A stretch of DNA of 64,000 nucleotides from Marine Group III euryarchaeote CG-Epi1 (GTDB taxonomy: Archaea; Thermoplasmatota; Poseidoniia; MGIII; CG-Epi1), in assembly GCA_001875345.1 (NCBI GenBank), contig MIZA01000012.1:25656-89655 (forward strand), in the 5' to 3' direction. Below, in pieces: positions 43,127 to 53,169 of this stretch. The notes beneath the pieces are model-generated. The model worked only from the letters and a program-made list of their open reading frames with translations. It ran no database searches and was not told the DNA's origin. How positions within the stretch are numbered: position 1 is the stretch's first letter; every line of letters begins with the position of its first letter. The translations under genes were made by a program, and so were the position numbers.

Positions 43127-45815
43127 TCAGTACCGCTTGTGCAGCAGCCAATCTAGCAATTGGAACTCTGAAAGGTGAGCATGAAACATAATCCATACCT
43201 ACTCCATGGCAAAAGTGAACCGATTTCGGTTCTCCACCATGTTCACCACAGATTCCAACTTTAAGGTCGGGTTTTGTTTTACGACCTCTTTCAATTCCCA
43301 TCTTAACCAGTTCACAAACGCCTTCATCTAGACTTGCAAAAGGATCTTCAGGCAATAATTCGTTCTCTAAATATGCTGGCATAAATCCACCAGTGTCATC
43401 ACGACTAAATCCAAAAGCCATTTGTGTCAAATCGTTAGTTCCAAATGAAAAGAATTCTGCAGTTTCAGCTATTCTGTCAGCTACGAAACTTGCTCTCGGA
43501 ATTTCCATCATTGTTCCAACCATGTAATTATCTAATCCTTTAATGTTACTAGCTACATTCCTAACTATCTTTTCTTGATGATTGTATTCTGTTTCCATTC
43601 CAGTTAGAGGAATCATAATCTCAGGGAAAGTTTTTACGTTTTCACTTGAAAGTTCAGCTGCAGCTTCTAAAATAGCTCTGGCTTGCATTTCAGTTATCTC
43701 AGGATGTGTTATTCCTAACCTTACACCACGGTGTCCCATCATAGGATTTGATTCTTTAAGTGCATCAGACCTTCGTTCTAATTCTTGAGCATTTATTCCT
43801 AACGCTTCGGCAAGCTTTTTCTGCCTCTTAATATCATGAGGAATAAATTCATGCAGAGGCGGATCCATCAATCTAATAGTAACAGGAAGGCCTTGCATTG
43901 CTCTCAAAGTCTCTTTGATATCATTCTTCATGTAAGGGAACAATAGATCAAGTGCAGTCTTCCTTTCTTCCTGGCTATTCGCCATAATCATCTCTTGAAG
44001 GTGGAAAAGCGGATCTTCAGACCCTTCGCCATAGAACATATGTTCTATTCTGAAAAGTCCAATTCCTTCAGCTCCAAAGTCTAATGCTCTTTTCGCATCG
44101 GATGGTGTCTCGGCATTTGTTCTTACCTTTAACCTCCTAACCTTGTCGCAAAGCTCTAAGAAATGTGTCAAATAATCACTTGTAATATCAGTTTCAATTA
44201 GGGGTAATTCATCTTTGTAGACTTTACCTGCAGTTCCATTTAGTGTAATTTCATCCCCTTCATTCACAGTCACTTCCCCTACAGTAAATTCCTTTTTAAT
44301 TGAGTCAACTTTCATCTCACCGGCACCGACGACACAACACATTCCCCAACCTCTTGCAACTAAAGCTGCATGTGAAGTCATTCCTCCTCGAGAAGTTAAT
44401 ATTGCTACAGAAGCTCTCATTCCTTCAACATCTTCAGGATTGGTTTCTTCTCTGACTAATACAACCTTTTCGCCTTTAGCAGCCCAATCTACAGCATCTT
44501 GAGCAGTGAAAACGGCTTTTCCTGTAGCTCCGCCGGGACCTGCAGGCAAACCTTTTGCCAAAATTGGAGTAATTTTTTCTACATCAGGATCAACTATGGG
44601 ATGAAGTAATTCATCCAATTGTGAGGGGGTAACTCTTCCAATTGCAGTATTTCCATCTATTCTATTTTCTTTTACCATTTCAGAAGCCATACGAATAGCA
44701 GCAGGACCATTACGTTTTCCAATTCGACATTGAAGCATCCAAAGTTTTCCTGTTTGGATAGTAAATTCAATATCCATCATATCGCTATAGTGGTCTTCAA
44801 GATTTAGTCTAATTGTATTCAACTCATCATACAAATGAGGTACAGCTTGCTCTAAACTTGGCAAATCTCCACTATGCTCAGTTCTACATATTTCATTTAA
44901 TGGATTTGGAGTTCTAATTCCAGCAACAACATCTTCACCTTGGGCTTTAGATAGCCATTCTCCGTAAAAATTATTCTCCCCAGTTGCAGGATTTCTAGTA
45001 AATGCAACACCTGTAGCACTATCTTCACCTAGATTTCCATAAACCATTGCTTGAACGTTTACAGCAGTTCCCCATTCTTCAGGAATATTCTCAATTTTTC
45101 TGTAAGCTTTTGCTCTTTTTCCATCCCAAGAGTAGAAAACTGCAGACACAGCTCCCCATAGTTGTTCCCATGGATCTTCAGGGAACGGTTTCTTGAGTAC
45201 TTCCAATACTTTTCCCTTGTAAATTTCTACTAAATCTTTCAAATTTGAGGCGGATAAATCGGTATCTTCAGTTACGCCTTCTTGTTCTTTCATTTTTTCT
45301 AATTCATGTTCTAACTGGTTACGTATTCCCATTCCCTCTTCAGGTTCAATGCCTGAAGCTTTTTCCATTACTACATCAGAATACATTTGAATTAATCTTC
45401 TTTGAGCATCGTATACAAATCTTGGATCTCCACTTTGAGCAATAAGTCCTTCTCGTGTAACATCGTTTAATCCTACGTTGAGAACAGTTTCCATCATACC
45501 AGGCATTGAGGTTCTAGCTCCAGATCTTACAGATAGGAGCAAAGGATTTTCAGAATCACCAAAAACTGTCCCTACACTATCTTCAACATCCTTCAACGCT
45601 TTTTTTAATTGACCATCGAGTTCCTCTGGATATGTTTGATTATTTTCATTATAGAAAGTACATACTTCAGTGGTAATAGTACAGCCAGGAGGTACAGGTA
45701 TTTTCAGGAGGGCCATTTCAGCCAAATTGGCCCCTTTTCCACCTAATAAATTTTTCATGTCAGCTTTGCCATCGGTCATGTTTGGACCGAAACGATAAAC
45801 GTGCATTTCGCTCAT
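43116..45815 (-). CDS. ppdK: Pyruvate, phosphate dikinase
   Basis: LLGGKGANLAEMA, phosphohistidine-domain GGMTSHAALVARGWG and PEP-utilising C-domain ...FFSFGTNDLTQ...CGEHGG. Length is 899 aa. Confidence 0.95.
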   Translation of the reverse strand: MSEMHVYRFGPNMTDGKADMKNLLGGKGANLAEMALLKIPVPPGCTITTEVCTFYNENNQTYPEELDGQLKKALKDVEDSVGTVFGDSENPLLLSVRSGARTSMPGMMETVLNVGLNDVTREGLIAQSGDPRFVYDAQRRLIQMYSDVVMEKASGIEPEEGMGIRNQLEHELEKMKEQEGVTEDTDLSASNLKDLVEIYKGKVLEVLKKPFPEDPWEQLWGAVSAVFYSWDGKRAKAYRKIENIPEEWGTAVNVQAMVYGNLGEDSATGVAFTRNPATGENNFYGEWLSKAQGEDVVAGIRTPNPLNEICRTEHSGDLPSLEQAVPHLYDELNTIRLNLEDHYSDMMDIEFTIQTGKLWMLQCRIGKRNGPAAIRMASEMVKENRIDGNTAIGRVTPSQLDELLHPIVDPDVEKITPILAKGLPAGPGGATGKAVFTAQDAVDWAAKGEKVVLVREETNPEDVEGMRASVAILTSRGGMTSHAALVARGWGMCCVVGAGEMKVDSIKKEFTVGEVTVNEGDEITLNGTAGKVYKDELPLIETDITSDYLTHFLELCDKVRRLKVRTNAETPSDAKRALDFGAEGIGLFRIEHMFYGEGSEDPLFHLQEMIMANSQEERKTALDLLFPYMKNDIKETLRAMQGLPVTIRLMDPPLHEFIPHDIKRQKKLAEALGINAQELERRSDALKESNPMMGHRGVRLGITHPEITEMQARAILEAAAELSSENVKTFPEIMIPLTGMETEYNHQEKIVRNVASNIKGLDNYMVGTMMEIPRASFVADRIAETAEFFSFGTNDLTQMAFGFSRDDTGGFMPAYLENELLPEDPFASLDEGVCELVKMGIERGRKTKPDLKVGICGEHGGEPKSVHFCHGVGMDYVSCSPFRVPIARLAAAQAVLNEK

Positions 45816-45860
45816 TCTTACTCAATACACTAACGAAATAGGTATAAATTCTCTTTCTCT

Positions 45861-46286
45861 TTATTCTATAGGGTCATGGAGCTTACCAATTAGAGGCCAA
45901 CCATGCCACAATAATCGTTCATCTAATTCAATTAATATTTTGTAAATCTCATCATATCCTTCAACAACATGCTCAATCAGACATGGTTTACATTCATCAC
46001 TTAGCCATTTTTCTATCAATTCTGAATTCCCAACTTCCATAACCTTTGCCATTTCGCTCATCTCTTTAAGTCTAATTTGTAAATGATTAAGGAAAATTTC
46101 CGAATTTTTTAAAGCCATAGTCAGATGTAGAAATCTTAATTTTTCATCCTCTACAATTTCGACAAGATTCTTCTCTTTAGGTGCACCTTCTGCAACTAAC
46201 ATTCCAAGTAACTTTTTTTCACCAAATATTTCTTTTGCAGCGGCAAGTAAAAATTGCAAACTTTCCTTTTTTTTCTCTTTATTCAT
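45861..46286 (-). CDS. Hypothetical protein (possible Roadblock/MglB-like partner; weak)
   Basis: 141 aa. The segment LLGMLVAEGAPKEKNLVEIVEDE loosely resembles the Roadblock/LC7 core. The start overlaps the P-loop gene's end by 8 nt. Confidence 0.4.
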   Translation of the reverse strand: MNKEKKKESLQFLLAAAKEIFGEKKLLGMLVAEGAPKEKNLVEIVEDEKLRFLHLTMALKNSEIFLNHLQIRLKEMSEMAKVMEVGNSELIEKWLSDECKPCLIEHVVEGYDEIYKILIELDERLLWHGWPLIGKLHDPIE

Positions 46287-46755
46287 ACTTGTTAGTGATA
46301 TAATCTACGACTGTCATAATATCATTTTTTGAGGCTTGAGCAGTTTCTTCATCAATCACTTCCCCCATTCCTATGCAAAATATGGTGTTGTTATCGTACA
46401 TATTCCATTCTGGGATTGCTTCTTTAGTCCGGTTTAGTACAATTATTCGATTTGTATCGGGAGTGTTTCTTTCCAGATATTTCCATAGATCTATAAAGTG
46501 AGAATCAGGTTTCTCGAGCCCATTTCCAACAACAATTTGCATGTTTGCAGCTCTAAGCCAATCTATCCAAACTTTACCTGTAGCCGTTGGTGCATCGATT
46601 TCATAAAGCATAAGATTGTTTAATTCACAAGCGTGATCTAGTAACATATCTGGTACGCTATTAGGAACTACAAAATTCCCCCAAGGTTTAGGTAAGCTTC
46701 TCATAAAAGTGGACTTACCTGCCCCCATTGGTCCTGTAACCATTATGTATTTCAT
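46279..46755 (-). CDS. Small divergent P-loop NTPase (GTPase-like)
   Basis: Walker A VTGPMGAGKSTF and a DAPTATG (DxxG-like) motif. VLNRTKE sits where NKxD would be. Length is 158 aa. Confidence 0.55.
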   Translation of the reverse strand: MKYIMVTGPMGAGKSTFMRSLPKPWGNFVVPNSVPDMLLDHACELNNLMLYEIDAPTATGKVWIDWLRAANMQIVVGNGLEKPDSHFIDLWKYLERNTPDTNRIIVLNRTKEAIPEWNMYDNNTIFCIGMGEVIDEETAQASKNDIMTVVDYITNKYE

Positions 46756-47480
46756 CTTTTACCTTCTTTAATTGCCTTAAATATTCCCATTAAATTTTCA
46801 TATTCTCCTACATTTGGGTTTCCTCTTGAAACTAACCTTCTCAGAGTTGTTCTTGAGCGATTCAATCTTCTTTGAGGATAGCTACTATTTTCAAGTAAGT
46901 CCATGATTCTGTCTACTAATCGTTCAAATTCTTCTTGTGAAACGGATTTCTGTTTCTTTAAGCTTTTTATTTTTTCATCCCTCTTAACTTCATAAAGTAC
47001 AATCCCTACTGCGTGAGACAAATTAAGAATTGGATAATTCGAATTTGTAGGTATGGTAATAGTAGCTTCACAGAGTGCTAATTCCTCTCTATAAAGTCCA
47101 TGATTTTCTCTACCAAACAAAAGCGCAGGTTTTTCCCTATCAGCAATTATTTCGTTAATCTTTTTAACATCTTGAGGTGCTCTAAACCACCTTTTATCTC
47201 CTTCGGGCCTTATGCCACTAGTTCCAATTGCAATGTCACAATCAGCTATTGCCTCTTCGATAGTACTGTATCTTTTTGATTTCTCAAGAACAGGTCTTCC
47301 AGATTTAGATCGTGCATAACTTTCATCAGCTAATTCACAACCTTTTACCATTGCTAAATCATTCAATCCAAAATTTGCCATAGCTCTAGCTACGGCCCCT
47401 ATGTTTCCCGGATGCTGAGGTTCAACTAGTACAATTCTCAAAGTTAGCCAAAGGAGGACTTTTAGATAACTTTCGTGCAA
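46752..47480 (-). CDS. SpoU/TrmH-family RNA 2'-O-methyltransferase (TrmJ-like)
   Basis: RIVLVEPQHPGNIGAVARAMANFG, LLFGRENHGL and LNLSHAVGIVLYE are SPOUT motifs. The start is uncertain: TTG at 47480, or an in-frame TTG just before RIVLVEP. Confidence 0.75.
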   Translation of the reverse strand: MHESYLKVLLWLTLRIVLVEPQHPGNIGAVARAMANFGLNDLAMVKGCELADESYARSKSGRPVLEKSKRYSTIEEAIADCDIAIGTSGIRPEGDKRWFRAPQDVKKINEIIADREKPALLFGRENHGLYREELALCEATITIPTNSNYPILNLSHAVGIVLYEVKRDEKIKSLKKQKSVSQEEFERLVDRIMDLLENSSYPQRRLNRSRTTLRRLVSRGNPNVGEYENLMGIFKAIKEGKR

Positions 47481-47518
47481 TGAAATAATTAATATCAGCT
47501 CGGCATGGAGTTTATAGG

Positions 47519-48637
47519 ATGGTAGAAATTTACATTATATTGAGTTTGGTGATTGGAATAGGCATAGGCTATGCTATTGCAAATAAAAATAATAATTCAA
47601 ATGATGACGGTATTGACTCTATCAAAAAGGAAATGGAAAATACATTCAAAGCTTTAGCTTTGGATGTTAATAAATCAAATACTGAAGAATTTTTTAAGCT
47701 AGCAAATGATAAATTTCAAGGACTAAGTAAAGAATCAGATACGAATTTAGAGAATAAGAAAAAACTAATTGACGAGAATCTAAATGAAATGTCTAAAAGG
47801 TTGAAGTCCATAGAAGATGCTTCAATCAAGCTTAATGAAAATTTAGAATCCACTAATACTCAAACCAAGGATTTGACAAAGACAACAATCAAACTACGTG
47901 AGATATTATCTTCGTCACAAAAGCGAGGACAATGGGGAGAGAGAATTGTTGAGGATATTCTCAATGTTATAGGACTTATGGAAGGTGTAAATTATACTAA
48001 GCAAGGAGTTGTAGAATCAGGTGAACGACCTGATTTCACTTTTAAGCTACCGAAAGAAAAAATAATTAACATGGATGTAAAGTTTCCTTTAGCTCACTAC
48101 GAGAGATATATTGATTCAGACGATGAACAAATTCGTAATTCTGAGAAAAGTGCATTTCTAAGAGACGTTAAGAAGCATGTTAAAGATATAACAAAACGTA
48201 GCTATATTGATCCTTCATCAGGAACTTTAGATTACGTATTGATGTTGGTTCCAAATGAATCAATTTATTCTTTTATTAATAAGGAAGATAGTGCCGTTAT
48301 CGATTTTGCTTTAGAAAATAAAGTTCTTCTTTGTTCACCCCTTACTCTTTATGCGATTCTTTCCTTGATCCATCAAGCAACAAGAAATTTTGCCATGGAA
48401 GAAAAAGCTACAGAAGTTATGAGTTTGCTCAATACTTTCCGTCTGCAATGGTCAAAGTATGTAGAGGCTATGGATAAAATGGGAAGAAGAATTGATGACG
48501 CAAAAAAAGAATTTACTAGCCTAGTCAGCACGCGCACTAATCAATTACAGAAGCCCCTTAACAAAATAGATGACATTACTAATTTAGTCGAAGATACTAA
48601 TCAAGTCACTAAACTAGAAGGTCAACAGAAGTTCTAA
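47519..48637 (+). CDS. rmuC: DNA recombination protein RmuC
   Basis: N-terminal TM helix, a coiled coil, then RGQWGERIVEDIL...RPDFTFKLP...INMDVKFPL...VLMLVPNESIY, which is the RmuC nuclease-like core. Confidence 0.8.
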   Translation: MVEIYIILSLVIGIGIGYAIANKNNNSNDDGIDSIKKEMENTFKALALDVNKSNTEEFFKLANDKFQGLSKESDTNLENKKKLIDENLNEMSKRLKSIEDASIKLNENLESTNTQTKDLTKTTIKLREILSSSQKRGQWGERIVEDILNVIGLMEGVNYTKQGVVESGERPDFTFKLPKEKIINMDVKFPLAHYERYIDSDDEQIRNSEKSAFLRDVKKHVKDITKRSYIDPSSGTLDYVLMLVPNESIYSFINKEDSAVIDFALENKVLLCSPLTLYAILSLIHQATRNFAMEEKATEVMSLLNTFRLQWSKYVEAMDKMGRRIDDAKKEFTSLVSTRTNQLQKPLNKIDDITNLVEDTNQVTKLEGQQKF

Positions 48638-50046
48638 AGGTCTTTCAGAGAAGAAACTAGTTCTGTCATCATCTGTTTACCGTCTCCAAAGAGCATCATT
48701 GTCTTATCCTCGTAGAACAGGTCATTGTCTACTCCAGCGTATCCTACAGATAACGATCTTTTTACCATGATGACAACTCTTGCTTTATCGGCGTCAATTA
48801 TAGGCATTCCAGCTAAAGGACCTTCTCCACTTCTTGCAGCAGGGTTAACTGTATCATTTGCACCAACGACAATTGCAACATCACATTCACCCATTTCAGA
48901 GTTGATATCATCCATTTCAATCAGCTTCTCGTAAGGAACACTTGCTTCAGCTAATAGGACATTCATATGGCCTGGCATTCTTCCTGCAACAGGATGGATT
49001 CCATATTTTACTTCACAGCCATTTGCCTCTAAAATGTCAGCAAATTCACGAACTTGGTGTTGGCATTGTGATACAGCCATTCCGTATCCTGGAATAATAA
49101 CACATTTAGAAATTCCATCGCATACCATTGCCACTTCCTCAGGATCCGATCCAACTTTAGTCCTAGTAACTTGTTCTTTATCAGAGCCTCCAAATGATTT
49201 GAATAATACATCAATTAATTGACGATTCATTGCCTTACACATTATATTTGTTAAAATCAAACCAGCAGCCCCTACCATTGATCCTGCAATTATCAAAACA
49301 TTATTTCCGATAATGAATCCAGTGAATGCTGCGGCTATGCCAGATAAAGAGTTTAGCAGACTTACTACAACAGGCATATCAGCACCTCCGATAGGAAGTA
49401 CGAATAAAATTCCAAGAATAGATGATAGTGCAATAATAGCTATTACATAATCTTGATTTCCAGGTTCCTCAATGGTCATGTATAGGAGACCTACGATTGA
49501 AATTAAGACTAACCCTTTAACGTAGTTTAGCCATTCAGGACCCCACGTTGGAGTTCTGTACCAGGTTCCAAATATTTCGACTCCACCTTTTAATTTCATC
49601 ATGGCGAGCAAGCTCCCTGTTAGAGTTACCCAGCCAACTAAAGCAGACAAGCCAATTGCAGTCCAGGCAACATGTAATTCTAACCCTTCAGGCAAATCGT
49701 TCTCATTAATCCTTCTGAAAACTTCCGATGCTGCTACTAATGCACTTGCAGCACCTCCAAATCCATTGAACAAAGCAACCATTTCTGGCATTCCTGTCAT
49801 CTGTACTCTAATTGCCATTAGATATCCAATGAATCCTCCGATAACAAGTCCTGAGATTATAAGAATAAAATTATTGGTTTCACCAAAGTCCATTTGAGCT
49901 ATTGTAACTACTACAGCTACTAGCATTCCCATTGCACCATACAAATTTCCGGTTGGCGCAGTTCTAGGATGACCTAATTTCTTTAAACCCATTATGAAAA
50001 GTATTGAGGCTACAAGATATCCTATGTCCCAAACAGCTTCGTCCAT
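48634..50046 (-). CDS. pntB: NAD(P) transhydrogenase subunit beta
   Basis: Multi-TM N-half plus a C-terminal NADP(H) domain (IIPGYGMAVSQCQH..., GANDTVNPAA). Confidence 0.9.
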   Translation of the reverse strand: MDEAVWDIGYLVASILFIMGLKKLGHPRTAPTGNLYGAMGMLVAVVVTIAQMDFGETNNFILIISGLVIGGFIGYLMAIRVQMTGMPEMVALFNGFGGAASALVAASEVFRRINENDLPEGLELHVAWTAIGLSALVGWVTLTGSLLAMMKLKGGVEIFGTWYRTPTWGPEWLNYVKGLVLISIVGLLYMTIEEPGNQDYVIAIIALSSILGILFVLPIGGADMPVVVSLLNSLSGIAAAFTGFIIGNNVLIIAGSMVGAAGLILTNIMCKAMNRQLIDVLFKSFGGSDKEQVTRTKVGSDPEEVAMVCDGISKCVIIPGYGMAVSQCQHQVREFADILEANGCEVKYGIHPVAGRMPGHMNVLLAEASVPYEKLIEMDDINSEMGECDVAIVVGANDTVNPAARSGEGPLAGMPIIDADKARVVIMVKRSLSVGYAGVDNDLFYEDKTMMLFGDGKQMMTELVSSLKDL

Positions 50047-50354
50047 TACTTGCCCCCTCTTTTGCCAGCAATCATGTTTAACATTCGGTTAGTTACTGCA
50101 AATCCTCCAACTACGTTAATTGTAGCCAAAATAAGTGCAAAAAACGCTAGCCATGCTGCAACACCAGGATCTCCCCCGTTGAAGTCAGTATTTGAAAAAA
50201 TCAAAGCTCCTACAATTGTTATTCCAGAAATTGCATTAGCTCCTGACATTAATGGAGTATGAAGTGTAGCAGGTACTTTTGTAATTAGTTCAAATCCAAG
50301 AAAAATAGCCAATATAAAAACGGTAATTGCGCCTATAAGTGTGACTAATTCCAT
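50046..50354 (-). CDS. pntA: NAD(P) transhydrogenase subunit alpha, part 2 (membrane part)
   Basis: 102-aa three-helix protein with LHTPLMSGANAISGI. It sits between the alpha-1 and beta genes and shares boundary bases with both. Confidence 0.85.
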   Translation of the reverse strand: MELVTLIGAITVFILAIFLGFELITKVPATLHTPLMSGANAISGITIVGALIFSNTDFNGGDPGVAAWLAFFALILATINVVGGFAVTNRMLNMIAGKRGGK

Positions 50355-51529
50355 TATTTCATAGCCTCCATTAGTTTAGTATGGTTATCGTGTACTTTCC
50401 CGTCCTCAGCAATTAAAATTCCACCATAACCTGCTGAAATTCCACCTTCATCTCCGGTGAGAACTTGTTCTTCTTGATTTATAGCTAACTTACCTTCGTC
50501 AACTAAAACAGTTACAAAGTTGGTAACGTTATTTGAATATAGCATTGATGCAGTATTTGGAACGGTTCTACATAGCATAGGTATTCCTACAATTGTTACT
50601 CCATCTTTTTCAATTATTTCCCCCTCTTTACTTCCAACAATATTACCACCAGTATCTGTATTCATATCAACAATTACAGACCCTTCTTTCATTTCTTTTG
50701 TCATCTTATCATTGTTTTCTTTACTGAAGAATAGTTTAGGTGCATCTGCACCGAATAATCTAGCAGTAGTAATTACAACATCAGCGTCTTTTACAGCATC
50801 CATTAATGCATTATCAAATGCTTCTTGAAGACTTTTATCTGTAAAAAGAGAAGCATGTCCACTTGAGCTTTCAGCGTCCTTCCAACCAGGTACGTCGATA
50901 AATTTAGCACCTAAACTTTCAGTATCTTGCTTAGCAGCTAATCTAACATCTATAGCTTGCACTGCAGCTCCTAATCTCTTTGCAGTTGCTATTGCTTGAA
51001 GGCCAGCTACAGCAGCCCCTTGAATTATGAACTTTGCAGGCCTCACAGTTCCGGCAGATGTCATCATCATAGGAACCATTTTCGCAATATTTTGAGATCC
51101 CATTAAAGCTGCTTTGTATCCTGATAAATTGTCTTGACTTGAGTTCACATCCATTGATTGGCCTTTTGATAGTCTTCTTGGAATGACTTCCAGAGATAGC
51201 AGAGTAATTCCAGAATCAATTATTTGCTTTGTTTGTTCTAGATTTCTAAAAGGATCAGCCATGCATGCTAACATTTGACCTTTTTCCATATTCTTAAAGT
51301 TTGGAACATCAATTGAAGCAATTAATTCACATTTCATTACTTCATCCAATGATTTAGTTTTTGCACCTTTTTCTTCGTATTCAGCATCAGAGTATCCTGA
51401 TTTTTCTCCAGCACCTTTTTCAATTACTACTTCAAAACCTAATTTCATTAGTTTAGGTATTGAAATTGGCACAATAGCTACACGAGTTTCTTTCTCGTTG
51501 TTCTCTTTTGGTATTCCTATGCGCATCAT
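50354..51529 (-). CDS. pntA: NAD(P) transhydrogenase subunit alpha, part 1 (NAD(H)-binding domain, AlaDH/PNT family)
   Basis: MRIGIPKENNEKETRVA... and IIQGAAVAGLQAIATAKRLGA Rossmann motif. Confidence 0.9.
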   Translation of the reverse strand: MMRIGIPKENNEKETRVAIVPISIPKLMKLGFEVVIEKGAGEKSGYSDAEYEEKGAKTKSLDEVMKCELIASIDVPNFKNMEKGQMLACMADPFRNLEQTKQIIDSGITLLSLEVIPRRLSKGQSMDVNSSQDNLSGYKAALMGSQNIAKMVPMMMTSAGTVRPAKFIIQGAAVAGLQAIATAKRLGAAVQAIDVRLAAKQDTESLGAKFIDVPGWKDAESSSGHASLFTDKSLQEAFDNALMDAVKDADVVITTARLFGADAPKLFFSKENNDKMTKEMKEGSVIVDMNTDTGGNIVGSKEGEIIEKDGVTIVGIPMLCRTVPNTASMLYSNNVTNFVTVLVDEGKLAINQEEQVLTGDEGGISAGYGGILIAEDGKVHDNHTKLMEAMK

Positions 51530-51605
51530 TTAGCACCGATAATTTGTGTGTTGACTAAAATAGTCTGTAATGTATCTTACAATCATACTCATAAAACTTT
51601 TCCTA

Positions 51606-52775
51606 TCACTTTCCAATTTCACGAGCAATTACTAATCTTTGGACTTCTTGAGTTCCTTCATAAATTTGAGTGATTTTTGCATCACGGAAAAATCTTTCTA
51701 CAGGGAAATCTTTTGTGTATCCATACCCGCCTAATACCTGTACAGCTCTTTCTGAAACCCACATTGCAGTATCGCCTGCACTTAGCTTTGCAATTGAAGC
51801 TTCAAGTGTATGGCGCGATGATCCATTTTCATAATGTTCTTGTTTAGCCCATGCAGCTTTGTAAACTTGTAATCTTGCAGCATCAATTCTAACAGCCATA
51901 TCTGCCAGATAATTACTTATTGATTGGTGAGCGGCTATTGGTTTACCGAAAGTTTCCCGTTCTTTTGAATATTTCAGTGCAGCTTCGTATGCTCCCTGTG
52001 CAATACCAAGTCCTTGAGCAGCTATACCTATTCTTGAATTATCTAACGCATTCATTGCAATTGGAAACCCTTTGCCTACATCTCCAAGAACGTTTGCTTT
52101 TGGTACTTTACATTCATTTAGAATTAATGTACATGTATCACTTGAACGGATTCCTAGCTTGTCTTCTTTCTTTCCAATTTCAAATCCTTCAAACCCTTTT
52201 TCAATTATAAAACAAGTCACTCCTCCGTGACTCTTTTTTCCGTAATCAGGGTGATCAGTTACTTTAGCAAATAGAACGAAGAGATCTGCAGTAGTTCCGT
52301 TTGTAACCCACATTTTTTCACCATTCAAAGTATAGTGTTCTCCATCATCTGTAGCTCTTGCTACCATTGCAGCAGCATCTGTGCCCGAACCGGCTTCACT
52401 CAAAGAATATGCACCTAAGAATTCTCCAGAGGCTAATTTTGGTAAATATTTTTCTTTTTGTTCTTCATTTCCACTCAGTGCTATTGTCATCGAGCAAAGT
52501 CCGACATGGACTGCTATCATGACTCCTAAAGACGGATCGACTCTTGACAATTCTTCGACAACAATTGCCTCTGAAATATCATCTAATTTCTGACCGCCAT
52601 ATTTTTCAGGTATGGTCATTCCTGCAAATCCTAGTTCTGCGAATTTTTTGAATTCCTCAATAGGTGCAATTTGTTCCTTATCTCTCTTGTTACAAGTAGG
52701 CCCAGCAACATCTTCAGCAAATTCACGTACCATTCCGCGAATCATTTTTTGGTCTTCGGTTTCTGCAAAATCCAT
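51606..52775 (-). CDS. Acyl-CoA dehydrogenase
   Basis: ...GAYSLSEAGSGTDAA..., WVTNG, QVLGGYGYTKDFPVERFFRDAKITQIYEGT.EVQ. Confidence 0.9.
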   Translation of the reverse strand: MDFAETEDQKMIRGMVREFAEDVAGPTCNKRDKEQIAPIEEFKKFAELGFAGMTIPEKYGGQKLDDISEAIVVEELSRVDPSLGVMIAVHVGLCSMTIALSGNEEQKEKYLPKLASGEFLGAYSLSEAGSGTDAAAMVARATDDGEHYTLNGEKMWVTNGTTADLFVLFAKVTDHPDYGKKSHGGVTCFIIEKGFEGFEIGKKEDKLGIRSSDTCTLILNECKVPKANVLGDVGKGFPIAMNALDNSRIGIAAQGLGIAQGAYEAALKYSKERETFGKPIAAHQSISNYLADMAVRIDAARLQVYKAAWAKQEHYENGSSRHTLEASIAKLSAGDTAMWVSERAVQVLGGYGYTKDFPVERFFRDAKITQIYEGTQEVQRLVIAREIGK

Positions 52776-52778
52776 TTT

Positions 52779-53138
52779 TTACTCACTCATTAGTTTGATA
52801 ATAGCTTCAGCAGGCTCTCCATTACATTCTTCCAAAGCCTCTTTTGCTTTTTCAGGAGAAACGCCAGCCTGTGTCGCTACTAAGTCTATGTCTTCTTGGG
52901 GGATATTTGTAGTTTCCTCACTACTGCCTAGTGTGCGTTCTTCAGGTTCACCTACAATCTGATATGATTGTTGTCCCATCATATTCATTGCACTTACAGA
53001 AGGGTTGCTAAAGTACAATTCTTTATCTTTTGTTCGTATAATTACTTCAGTAGCATCGATTTCTTCTGTAGCACTTTGTAATTGTTTTTGCAATTTTTTC
53101 ATCATGCGGGGGTTCATACGCCCCATTCCTGGCATCAT
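52779..53138 (-). CDS. nac: Nascent polypeptide-associated complex protein (archaeal NAC)
   Basis: MMPGMGRMNPRMMKKLQKQ..., a NAC beta-barrel segment and a C-terminal UBA-like EEDIDLVATQAGVSPEKAKEALEECNGEPAEAIIKL. Confidence 0.85.
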   Translation of the reverse strand: MMPGMGRMNPRMMKKLQKQLQSATEEIDATEVIIRTKDKELYFSNPSVSAMNMMGQQSYQIVGEPEERTLGSSEETTNIPQEDIDLVATQAGVSPEKAKEALEECNGEPAEAIIKLMSE

Positions 53139-53169
53139 ATGATGCTTACAAGCTACCCTCTAAAAGAAT

